From assembly GCA_013265495.1 (NCBI GenBank), contig MU058781.1, positions 2,086,158 to 2,150,157 on the forward strand: a DNA stretch of 64,000 nucleotides, written 5' to 3'. The stretch is from Vicugna vicugna (Eukaryota). The position numbers and the translations under genes are program-made. The stretch's first letter is position 1. Each line of letters opens with the position of its first letter. This document shows positions 51,161 to 63,215 of this stretch, one piece after another. The notes beneath the pieces are model-generated. The model was not told the DNA's origin. It searched no databases and saw nothing but the letters and a program-made list of their open reading frames with translations.

Positions 51161-52958
51161 TATATAAGCATAGGATGTTTGAATTAACAGATTTGTCCCT
51201 TTCCAGGCAGCCTGAGCTAGTAATTGCTTAAGATTTTTCACTTCTTGGATCATTTTTGAAAACATAGTGCTGGAGAAATGGAGGCCAAATTGTGTTTTTT
51301 TAAAACTGAAGATAGTCATGGAAATCTAGGGTAAATCCAAATAAAAACAGTATTTTTCAGGTTTATTTAAATATAATTTCTGATGGTAAAGAAGGTTTAA
51401 GATCTTTAAAATTTTTAAAGAATATCATCCAATTCTAAAATTTGAAGATCTGACCAGTTGTATTAGTGAAGTTTATTACTTGATTAAGTACCTGTTAATG
51501 CTACTAAGAGTTTTATTTAATATTGAGATAATTATCAGTTACTTTATTATTTTCTGAGTTCCTATTCTCTTTTTCACTTGTAAATGTGAAATGACAGAAT
51601 GATTTGGAGATTTATAGCCAGACTAGCCTGGATTGAAACTCCAGCTCTTTACATACTGTATTTACTTGGGCTAGTAATTGAAGCTCTCTGAACCTCTGTT
51701 TTTCCCTCTTTAAAACAGGTAATAATATTCAGGTGTGGTATGATATTTAAGATGATATTTATAAAGTTCCTAGCAAGATACATAGTATGCTATAAATGTA
51801 TTATATATTTTAATTTTCTTCTTAAAAATAAGTATATGAAAGTCCTTGACTTAGATTAATGATTTACTTTTCCTATTTATATCTTCTGTAGAGGAATATA
51901 ATAATTTTTATTTGGAAAATTTAAGTAAACTATGGAGTTAATTCTTAGCTAATTTTTATGAGTAGATTTCTATCTCAAATAATTATAATTCAATGTCTTC
52001 AAATAATGTATTTCTGTTCTTTTTATTTGACCATTCTAGAATATATAGTTTTTTTCTAGAGAAAAGTTTTCAGGCTGTCTCAACCTGTGAGGTGGCATAA
52101 CTACAATGTAAATGTTTCCTCCTTTTATGATTTCTGAATATACTTTCAAAATCAGCCACTTAGATACCATTTATCATATTTACTATACCAATGTATATAT
52201 GATACCATATATCATTATATATACTATACTAATAAGATGAAATGTTGAATCAGAGTCTCAGGCAGGGCTCTGAGCCTCCTTTGTAACCCCGAGATTTTCA
52301 TTCTCAGAAGTGCACATTATCTAAATTTTCCCAGAACAGATGTCAGGTTCATCTTCCACTTCTATTAGATGTCAAGATGCTAGTCTCCAAGTAACTTTAT
52401 AGTTGTATGCTTTATTAAAACACTTAATAAACTATTTTATATGGTAGACTGTCGAATACATTAGTCAACTATTCTGGTATTTTAAGATTTAAGAATTCAT
52501 TTTACTGAAAGAAATAATTCCTTTAATACTAAATTTTTCTTGACTAATTTAGACATATTGTGTAGTTTTCTGTATTATTGTTTATAATTATTAATAAACT
52601 ACTGTGTGTTTATAAAAGTGCTGATGAGGTTGGGCCAGTTCAATACCCAGCTGAGCAATTACAATAGAGAAAATTATTCATTTTTTTATGAACATATTTG
52701 TTGTTAAGTGCAGCATGTACCATAAACACGTATTTTGCAGGTGAATAGAAAAGCCTGTTTTACAACTGTGGGTAAATGTGGTATGTTAGAGTGTAACTGT
52801 TACCAATCACATGGAAACTCTTTCATAGAAAATTATAAAATGAGAATGATTGATGACTTATTCTGTTTGACTAAAATGAAAAGAGATCGTAAGTTACAAC
52901 CATGCAGCGTGTTACAAAATGAATGACTGTGTTGTCTGTCTCTCGCTTCCTCACCTAG

Positions 52959-53089
52959 GTGCGGCTGTAGCTGGCATTTACAGAGTAGCAGGGAAGAACA
53001 TGGCCCCATTGGAAGCCCTCGTGTGGGGCGTTGGACAGACTGTACTGACATTAATCATCTCCTTTTCAAGGATCCTCGCCACACTTTGA
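52959..53089 (+). CDS. TMEM170B: TMEM170B coding exon 3 (SAAVAGIYRVAGKNMAPLEALVWGVGQTVLTLIISFSRILATL*)
   Basis: Acceptor cctag| at 52957-52958; TGA at 53087-53089; spliced CDS 97+171+131=399 nt = 132 aa, ending in the family-typical SRILATL. Confidence 0.97.
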
Positions 53090-55922
53090 GGTTTCTGTGG
53101 GAATGTCTTACTTCACATAAGGAAACAGATATACAGATTCTCTGAAAACGGCATTATTAACAAGTGGGAATGAAATTGTACAAGAATGTGGAAGGAGCAG
53201 GTCAGAACATAAGGCCTTGAGCTGTGTGGAGAGATCGCCCTCTGGTGTTCAAGTGATTGCACTACCGCACTGCACCTTACGTGCCTCCGACCCGGGCAAG
53301 GCGCATTACACTCTGTGAAGCTACAAGAAAAAGCACCTTGTTTAGCTGCCAATCAGGTTAACATTGGTGTTGAATCATCGTTCTTAACAGTGTTGTGTTA
53401 GGTTACAGGGACGTTTTGAAGAATCGATATATGTGCCAAACTCTTCTTTTTTAAACATTGATCATGTGAAATTGCAAGTGTAGATGTAGATGAGTGCTGT
53501 GAACATATTTGACATGAGTTCAGGTGATGTGGTGAGATTTTTTGTTTTATAATGCTAAATCCCGTATGAGTGTTGCGTACTGAATCATTTAATACGAGAC
53601 AAATTGTTTGATTTTTACTGTTGAGCGTTTCTGGGATTGAGGGCTTTCATATAAATTAGGCATTATTGTGATTTAGTTCATGTGGAAAGTAAAACTTAGT
53701 GGAAAACTGCTAAACTCTTTCAAGGATTCAAAGTAGGTCTGTAGGGTGCATCCTTTTCACCCACTTAAATAACACTCTTAATAGTTTCCCTTGGACACAA
53801 ACATTCTATTGATACGAATTTAAAAACATTATGGGTCACACATTGATTGTAGTTTGTGTGTCATAATAATACAATTTGAGAAATTTCTTATAAGTTTTGT
53901 AAGAAAGTAAGTCTGAAATGCATGTTGCATTCTTCGCCATTCTAAAGAAAGTTTTTGCCATGTATCTCATGGAGAAAACATCTTTATAATTAGTATCTCA
54001 GTGGAATTATATTACTTGTTTCATATGTCTTAACTTTTGATAAAACATAAACAGTCTTTCATTCTGGAGTATTAACTATATTTAAAGAGTGGCCTAAATT
54101 AGGCTGTGAAAACAAGAAGCTTCATTTGTAGATAAGTAACAAGTCATATAGGAAGAGTAATAAACTATCTTACTTTGGGTACATGGTAACAATTTCTCTA
54201 AGTAAAAATTGGAGTATAATAAATAATTTTAAAATTCGGCAGTTAATCTCAGCATATCAATGCAGTACTGAACTAGACTTGAGTGTTTCATTTCAGTTCT
54301 CCAGCTCTTTATTTATGCTGTTATTTAAGTTTACTAGCATCTGTGATGACATTTATTAGAATGAAAAAGTCCTTAGTATAAAACATTTTAAGAGGTTTTG
54401 GAAATATGCAGTTGTTTTTAAGAGGATAAGAAGTAAGGGAAACACAGAACCTGGCTGAATTTGTCTCCCACTGAGACTTTTAAAAATACCAGATACAATT
54501 TTATATATATGCTAACTCAAAGGAAGAGCCAACTGCAGAAAATATGAAGTTAAGGACAGTCCAAATCTGCATACTTTACCCTCACTGTTTTATAGCCTAA
54601 TTTGGTAACAATTAAGTTTCTATTAGTTCTTATTCAAATTTAAGAACTTTCTTACCCACGGCACCTTTTCTCCACCAAAAAGCAGGCTATATCAACAACT
54701 CAGCGATGAGGAGTTGGGCGTATCTTACCAGTATGGAAGCCAGTTTTGGGGGTTTATAACACTGTGGCTTGGAAATTTGTTTTTAAAAAGCCAAGAAGCA
54801 ACTATGCATTCTTAAAGATCTTTGAAGTAAATCTTAAAATTGATTATTTTTTGTTATGTACAAGGCTGAAATCATTTTCATGTATTCTTTATATTCCAGA
54901 TGTTTTCCTAAATTAAATTTAGGCATAAATCTTCCAACTCCATTGGAGTTTCCCTTTTCTGTTAGACTTGAATTGTGTTCTTCCTTTACTTTGGTTATTC
55001 TTCAGTAATTTAAAGTGTCCCTGTTCTTTGGGAGGAGTTATCAATAACATGTTGAAATTGTTTTAGATCTACAGAAATGAATATTTATTTTAACATATGG
55101 TTATTGTATGATTTCAGAGAGGTATCATAGCAAGGTAACATGGAGCACATGGTTCAGAACCCAAAATTAGCCAGAAAATAACTTGGACACATTAAGTGTA
55201 TGGCTGCATAGACCAAAGAGACTGAAACTCCTGTTTTTACTCTAGAATGAAAGTGTAAGGAGGTGGATCAGTTTGTAGAGTGTCCTGCAGTTATCTCATT
55301 ATCAGGTTGCTTTATGTTATGAAGTGTGTGTGTGTGCGCGTGCGCGCACAGGGACACTTTTAACTTTTGGGGGAATCTTTGGTTTCTTTGCTGTTTTTAG
55401 TTACTTCCATTGGAATTTTGTGCAACTGTTACGTTTTTGATCTTTTGAAATGCAGTTGAATAGTGTGAATTGATGAAATGTCTTAATAGCTATTTCTATG
55501 CCGAGATTTTTTAAATGTTACTGGTTTTCCTATAGAGATAAGAAACGTTTAATGGTATATATCTACACACATATATATCATTATATACGTATATATGTAA
55601 AGCTGCTACATATGAATATAGTCTTAATTGGAAAGCTTTTGTTCAATGAACACTTTTATGTTGTAGTGGAAAATTTGATATATTTGCTCAGTTGAATGAT
55701 CTTTTAAATAGGTTTGAGGAAGTTTGAGATTTTTGAATTTGGGGACATTTTTCTTGGTTTAGTAGTGCTGGAGATCCTTGTTTGTGATACGACAAAAGCC
55801 CTCATGTATGTATTTGGGTTAAACCTTAAAATTTGTATGTGACTTGGTAAATTTTGTGATAAATTCAGGAGGAAAGGGGAAAATCCTCTGTAGTTTATAC
55901 TTCTTTATTTTAAAAAATGCTA

Positions 55923-55928
55923 AATAAA
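55923..55928 (+). terminator. Possible proximal polyadenylation signal
   Basis: AATAAA preceded by TGTA/T-rich sequence; usage unverified. Confidence 0.3.
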
Positions 55929-56818
55929 ATATTGCTGACAGTGAAATCAGTTCCCCAAAGAAGAGACTCCTGTGTGCCCAGACTAACTGCTAATCAGTTA
56001 ACACACTGATCAGAAATGTCATAGAGCGGAGTTAGTCGGGGGCCTCACCTAAGCTACAAGTAACGCTTAAATCTTTTAAATGAGGAAGGCGCAAGTGGTC
56101 TGCCCTGCGGGACAGTTCCACTGGAATAAAGTCCCAGGTGGGGCCATGTTCAGTGCTTGCAGGTTAGTTATTCTTTCTTTAGACCTTAGTGTTCACAGTG
56201 TTACCGTTTGTCACCCGTGGTACTCTCTTAGTATCTGCAGCATACATTTCCTCTGTCCCCCAGAAGTATAAGAGTTGTATTTTTACTTTAAGTGAGAAGT
56301 AAACAGATGAGCTGCCCTGTGTATCATATATTTGTGATGTAAGGAACAGGAAGAATTTTTTAAATGTTCTTGGAAGACATCTTTAGAGAATCTCTATAAT
56401 TAATATGAGGAGAGTGGAGCCACCATGTTAACGTGCCCAAGATGGCACTTACACACCAACTAATTCAATTTTGTAAACATTTTTGGTGGATCTACTGTGT
56501 ACAAAGTGCTCTCCCTAGTATTTTCTATAGTAAGTACAGGGACGACCAAGATGGGATTTCTGCCCTCAGTTCACCAAGAGCTACCAAGATGCTTTAAATC
56601 CTAAAGCAGCTGGGAGGACATTTTGCTCCTAGTTGACAGTTTAAGTTGTTTTCCCCCAATACTGATTTTTCTCAGTTTATCCACCAAATGGAATTTTAGT
56701 AACTAAGATATTATGTGACATAGTGAAGAGAATACTGGAATTTAAGCCAGGGACATAGATTGGAATCCAGGCCCTGTCACTTGTTGACTTCTTCAACAAG
56801 AAGAATGGAAAAGCAGTA

Positions 56819-57150
56819 CAGTCGGCCCTTCATATCTGTGGTTCTGCACTGAAGGATTCAAACAACTTGGATTGACGTATGCAGGAAAAAAAAATTCCAG
56901 AAAGTTCCAAAAAGCAAAACGTACATTTGCCCCACTCCGGCAACTATTCACAAAGAATCTGCATTGTATTTACATAGCATTTACACTGTATAAGAACGTT
57001 GTAAGTAATCAATCAAGAGATGATTTAAAGTATATGGGAGGATGTGCACAGGTTATATGCAAATACTACACTATTTTCTGTAAGGGCCTTGAGCATCCTT
57101 GAATTTTGGTATCCACAGGGATCACTCCCCCTGCGGATACTAAGAGACTA
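56819..57150. mobile_element. MER2B-like Tigger-family DNA transposon within the 3' UTR
   Basis: ta|cagtcggcccttcatatctgtgg...agagatgatttaaagtatatgggaggatgtgcacaggttatatgcaaatacta...ccctgcggatact. Confidence 0.75.
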
Positions 57151-58170
57151 ATAAATATTTTGCAGTAAGTGATCAATGGCTAGTCATAATTTTTTAAAAA
57201 ACTACATTTTGGAGTACTGATCGAATACAGTATTTTGTAAAATTCATTTCTTCCATTTCCACATTTTTCCTACATATATTTTAAGAAAGAAGCTAAAAAA
57301 ATTCTTTTAGAATGTTGCCTCCCTTACCTCCTCTCCACCTCTTTATTTTTTAAATCACATATTTATCTAAGAGCACTTTTGGGAATTGGTGGTGATGGAA
57401 ATGGCCAGGGCAGGCGGGATTTAATATCAGGTTGTGTTTACCGTGAGTTACAAAAGGAGAAGGGAGATGTGGCCAGGATCTACTCCTTACTTTAGCTTGC
57501 TTGCTGCTTTTGGATTCATTCAACCAATATTAATTGAATCTCTACTATATGCAACTTACTATCCTTGTTTTAGGGGTGGAAAAGTGATTCCTCCCTCTGT
57601 CCACCTCTCTCCCGCCACCCCCGTGTGTGGCTTCCCTGTATAGTGCCAATTCTGTGGGAGAACAGAACTGGGCTGCGGTGTCTACCATGTCCCTCTTTCT
57701 ATGGACCAAAGGTGCTTTAGCCCTACTTGTTGTTTTTAACTTAAAGGGAAATGCTTTTATTTTTAATTTATGTCTATTTTATAATTCAAGAAGTGACAAG
57801 ATGCTCAGAGTACTTTCTGAAATATTCTTAAGCTACTCTTACTGTTACAAATGTTTCTCTCAGAAAGTCTTAATCAGAATTCTTCAAAGAGTGGCTACTT
57901 GTTTTTAAGATGTGAAGAATGTGGAAAATTACTGAAGAAATTCTAGTGACCTAGATTGCAGAGAAGTTTGGCAACACCTGGGTAAATAGGCAAATGATTA
58001 TTTCTTTTAATAATCAGGGGTGAGAATCTCAGTGGTTAAAATTGACTAGTAATTTCCCTTCTTGTCCTTTTATAACATCGTGGAGGAAGACTCTATAGCA
58101 TAAAAAGGACATTATTTGATTAAAAAATGATAAATTTTTTAAAACATGTGATAGCATTTATAGCGGAGGG

Positions 58171-58310
58171 AAGTTTAAACATAGGCAGAAACGTTGGAGG
58201 GGTAACGCGCAAAAACAAAGACACACTTGGTGAAGCACCTCTATTAGGTGAATGCAGCTTCCCCTTAACCTGTTAAAGACTATACACACTGAGTATGTTT
58301 ACTGCTTACA
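58171..58310 (+). repeat. Dispersed ~140-nt repeat in the 3' UTR, copy 1
   Basis: Aligns by eye to 60150-60302; core tggaggggtaacgcRcaaaaacaaag identical at 25/26 positions. Confidence 0.85.
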
Positions 58311-60149
58311 AAACGTGGTGTTTCCTTATATGTGAGACTGAACTTGCCACAAAGCATCCTGAAGTAATACTACATTTTTGTGTGTGGTGGTAGGTTTGCC
58401 CTTCTAACTTAGGGGTCTCTGTTCAGTGTAGGCAATACAGTGTTTTTGAGGAGGCTGCTGAAGTTATCTAAAAATGTTATCAGTGAACTTGTTAAGAGGA
58501 AGTGATGCTTACTATAGAAACTATTTTGAGTAACTGTGGAAATATACCAGTTAATACTTTATTAATTAGTGGAAACACCTAAATTTCTGAGCACACTAAG
58601 CTGGAACTGTCTCCTCCCCCAGGTTTAGGGGACTCGTTTTCACATTCTTTACATTCATTGCATGTATGTTGAACTTACATAATAACCCTTTCTTGATTCT
58701 AAGAACTAATTTAGCACTTTCTTAAAAATATTCCTCCTCCTTCCAGACAGATGTCACATGGTATAGTTTAAACAGAGGTACAGTTTGTTGATAGACTCAG
58801 AAGTGCTGGTTTAGAATAGAATGTTCTTAACAGCTTATGGTTATGCAGCTATAATCTTGCTGAAAAGTAAATACTATGAGCAAGTCAAGAAAGCATGGAC
58901 CTCCTACATGGTTTTTTTTTTTAGATTATATCCTGCACCCATATATATATCTCCCCTCAATGGTGACATGACTGTCCCCTTTGGGGGACTGTATTTAGGA
59001 ATGTAACTGAAACTGGAAAGCAGTGTAACATAAATACATAGAAGGAGGAACTAAAATACATAATCACTGTAACTGTAACACTTTTTCTCCTCAATGTAGT
59101 ATATATTGGTAATTTCTAAAAATCATCCCCTTTTTTAGAGCCCTGTGTAAATGAATGGTAACTTGATAGTACTATTGATGGTGAAAAGTTTCCTTTGTTT
59201 TTGAATTATTTATATATCATCACTAAGTATCTTTGGGAAGGAACATTTTAAAGTTTTCTCCATAGAAGGCAAAATAGAGGCACTTGTTTGAGTAGTAATA
59301 AAAAATGATCTATTTACTTTTAATACTGGATGGCTTGATAGTCTGCTTTTGGACACTTTCTTAGTATCTGTGATACTAGATGCATTAATGGTGGAGGAAT
59401 TTTGAAAGTTCTGGCCCTGTCCCAAACACAGACATGGACACACAAACTACAAATTTAGATGAACAATATAAAATTCCACAGTATTTTTCATTTTAGTCAA
59501 ATAACTTGGTAAAATTCATAGGATTCTACCATAAAGTATTAACTTGTGTCTCAAGTCATTCTAGAATGAGGGGATCAACTTTATCTTAATTAAAATGTTT
59601 TTATTTATATAGCAAAAATATAGTTTACCTGATAAGTATTAAAAACTCACTTTCAAATTGTGTTAATTCTCAGACCACTGATGAATCATTTAGTAAACCA
59701 CAGTGCAGTTTTCAAAAGCTAAATGATGCCTTAGTGCCTTGGAAGTTAAGATACTTTTGCAGAGTGATTTTAGCAAGATTCAGAATTGGTACAACTGTTG
59801 CTGAGGATTCAAAGCTGAGGAATGCTGTAGTTAAATGAGCTCTTTGTGGTTTAATAAAAAAAATCAGTCCTTTCGCCATTGACTATGACAGATGACAACT
59901 GTTTTCATTACATTTTCATGATGTGATATTTGTCTATTTTTTTCTTTTTCTAAGTAAGTTTGAAATGGGAAATGTAGTCAAGACAGTTAAATGTGGGATT
60001 TTAAAATTTGGTTTGGTTGTAAACTAGAGATTCTAGTGTGAACAGTGTGAGCTTTATATTGTGGTACAAGGGAGACACTTCACATAACTTTTAGGAATAT
60101 GTTTACCATCAGGGTTTTTTTTTTTTAACTATAGAAATAATGTACTGTG

Positions 60150-60302
60150 AAGCTTAAAGACAGGAAGAAGAAACAATGGAGGGGTAACGCACAAAAACAA
60201 AGGCATATGTGATGAAGTATCCTACATTATGTGAACACAGTTTTCCCCCTTCTGTTAAGACTATAAACTACCTTGTATGAGTATGTGTACTGCATGTTTA
60301 CA
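60150..60302 (+). repeat. Dispersed ~140-nt repeat in the 3' UTR, copy 2
   Basis: Aligns by eye to 58171-58310, about 1.98 kb downstream. Confidence 0.85.
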
Positions 60303-60861
60303 TAATACAGTTTAATTTTGGAGGGTTATTTAAAAAGTATGTTTATTTATAATACCTAACAAGCTGTAAATATTGTATACTATTGATTTTTAATTTTATA
60401 TAAGCAATTTTTTATTTCCAATTCGTGTGTAAAGCTCATTGTGTATATAGCATAAATTTCCTGGAGAACACAAATTTTGCAGTGAATTTTAATTATTTAA
60501 TTGTGGTAAGCATCAGGTTAGCCTTAGAAATGTTGATCTTTATTTTAAATTATTTTTCACCACTCATTTTCTTCAAGGGGCAGCAATAAATATATGCAAG
60601 TTATGTTTGATTTAGAAAGTTGGTCTGCAAAGACAAGATCTAGGTTCAGATTCATTGCTTTAAAGAAAAGATGCACAATTAATATCATCCACTGTCTAAT
60701 CTCAGGACCATTTCTGAGGTCCACATGTGTCTCTCCTCTTTGTAATATACAGGGTGAACTCTTTACTGATACACACAAAACAACTGTTAAAAGTGAACCC
60801 AGCACTTAAATGTCATTACACAGAATTTATTGGATTAAAAATTTGTAATATACAATATTTT

Positions 60862-60906
60862 AATAAAGTTTCTGTATTCAATTTCATGCACTTATATATA
60901 AATAAA
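60862..60906 (+). terminator. Distal polyadenylation signals (AATAAA at 60862-60867 and 60901-60906)
   Basis: Two canonical hexamers with nearby TGTA elements and GT/T-rich sequence downstream. Confidence 0.6.
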
Positions 60907-61169
60907 CCTGTCTTAAAAGCTTTATGGGGAGTTTGACTCTTGATGACATATCTTTGCAGCTCATTCACTGTAGACTCAAATGTTTCCTCTGGCCCTTTTG
61001 TCAGTTTTTCTGGGCCAGTTTTACATTGGATTTGGGAGGCAGCACTGAAAAGGTAAGTAAGAAATCTATGAGATGAACTTGACCTGGTTTGTAGTTTTGC
61101 CTAGCACCAGTGCTAGGCTACATAAGCATCTACTTCTAAGAGTTACTGTTCTAAAGAACTTCTAATAAA

Positions 61170-61390
61170 TGACTACCATTTATTGAGTGCTTAGTATCAG
61201 CTAGACACTTCATAGGTATTCTATAACACGGTAACCTTTCAAATTACAGCGATTACTGAGGATTATGAAGGTAATCCTTCACTTTACAAATATGACGCAT
61301 TTGAAGTTCAGAGAAGGTGAGGAACTTCTCAAGGCCACACAGCTAATAATGCTGAGCTGGGATTTTCTTACTCTGTTACCCATGTCTTTC
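61170..61390 (-). mobile_element. MIR SINE
   Basis: accatttattgagtgcttag...gttcagagaaggtgaggaacttctcaaggccacacagcta. Confidence 0.65.
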
Positions 61391-62710
61391 CCCACAGTGC
61401 TGTGTTTTACAAAGTATTCTGGGAGCTCTTACCTGTCATGAGATAAGATCTCATTATTGACAAAGACCAGATGGCATTATGGGGATTTGAAAAATGATCA
61501 ATTTAGGATTATTGCCAAATTTATGCATACTATGAATTTTTGTTAGAGATTTTTAAGATATAGTACTAGGTACCCAGTTAGACTCTACTATCCTGCTTGA
61601 GAAGAGATTGGGGCTGGCAGAGCCCAACTATTTGTAATTGTTACAAACTCTGCTGGAATAAAACTTGCTTAACTTTAAAAATTGTGCAAGGAAAGTGGAA
61701 GTAAACATTCTTTTCACATATACTGACATATTTCATGTAATTACTACATTGAAATGTATTTTCTTTTTTCTAGATAACTTCAACCACAAGAATAATCAAA
61801 TTATTAAATATATTTCCTTCCTGACCATGAGTTTTAAAAAGTTCTTGAATGAAGTATAAATCTTGAGATTAAAAAGAAATTTTCTGTTTTGATTTTATTC
61901 TTTTTGGTTCTTGAGGTAATAGTTTTATAATGTTTTTGTGATGGGTAAGCTATCTCTGGGTATTTTGATATTCACCAAGCACTAAAAGAAAACACTGAAT
62001 TTCAGATTTGTTGCCACCTTTGTAGAACAAGACCAGAGGAAAAGGTGGTGTAAAAGAAAGATCAGGTCTTACACTGAGCTTGCTGATGGAGAATGAGTTC
62101 TTGTGTTGTGAAGGAAGACTATCTCAGACTTACCAAATAGATACTTAGGTCATTTATGTTCTGAAGTCGAACTCTTGTTAATTCATAAAATAGTACCTGA
62201 AGTGTTAGGGTATAAAGAAAAAAAACAGGACCAATGGCACATCTTTGAGGAGTAGAATTTGGGCTCACCTCTTAGCCCTCACCTCCAGCTTCTAATGGAA
62301 TCTTAACAGAAGTCTCCCATTCCACTGTTGTTCTTGATCTGCTCTTAACCTTCCATTATTCATCACTGTCAGACTTTCTTTTGGCCAATTTTATGAATAT
62401 TCTTCAGGGCCAGAGTTCTGGGGACTGATCTGCCAAATGGAATTCCATCAGGTGGCTTTCTTGCAAATCAAGAGTTTATCACTAGATGGTGTAGTGGTTC
62501 TATTTTACTTTTCCTTTGTTTTTGGCCATTCTTATCTGTGAACCAGCCCTAATTAGATCAGTCTGTACTTTTGGACTCAATTGCATGGGCTACATCTATG
62601 TTAATTTTTTCTGATTAAAAAAACACGTGAGGAAATTAAATATAATTAAAATCACTATGTTATCACTAACATTTAATTTTAAATTTAACTTTAATTTTAA
62701 AGAATGTTAA

Positions 62711-62840
62711 TATGGTAGCTCACAGAGAAAGGAATGTGACAATGAATATATATATATTCATGTATAACTGAAAAATTGTGCTCTACACTGGAATTTGACA
62801 CAACATTGTAAAATGATTATAAATCAATAAAAATGTTTAA
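62711..62840 (+). mobile_element. Very short young L1 3' end
   Basis: ttcatgtataactgaaaaattgtgctctacactggaatttgacacaacattgtaaaatgattataaatcaataaaa; flanking aatgttaa direct repeat. Confidence 0.7.
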
Positions 62841-63079
62841 AAAATGTTAAGAAACAATGTTCAGGGGTTATTGACAAATTAGAAAATCACATTTTATGAT
62901 TTTGGCAAGTCATTAGTCTGGACCTTGCTTTATGTATTTTTCATAAATATGTGTTCCAACTCAATACATAATGGTCTTTATCTAATTTAATAGTGTATAG
63001 TGATTTTAGTTGCACAGTTGGTCAACTTGTTGGGATAAAAGGAAATACACCAACATATCACAATTGGTCTTGTACCAGG

Positions 63080-63215
63080 AGACTTGGTTTTAAATTTCTG
63101 CTCTGCCACTTAGGACTTTAACTTGTCCGAGTTGTTTTGCTCCTGTGATCTTCAGTTTTCTCATCAGTAAATGAGGATAATAGCTCATGTTGCATGCAGT
63201 GTGCTCAGCAAATAC
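63080..63215 (+). mobile_element. MIR fragment
   Basis: ctgctctgccactta...cttcagttttctcatcagtaaatgaggataatag. Confidence 0.55.

Larger units (their letters stand above)
53090..60930 (+). other. TMEM170B: Long 3' UTR of TMEM170B (inferred extent)
   Basis: AT-rich, repeat-poor sequence after the stop, ending in tandem AATAAA at 60862 and 60901; PUM-type TGTANATA motifs near the end; end point is inferred. Confidence 0.65.

Noticed and set aside
53087..53100. Possible stop-codon readthrough or selenocysteine recoding at the TMEM170B TGA
   Set aside because: Context is TGA-GGT, not the TGA-CTAG readthrough motif; the protein ends at the family-typical SRILATL; the UTR hairpins do not show a convincing SECIS core in both copies.
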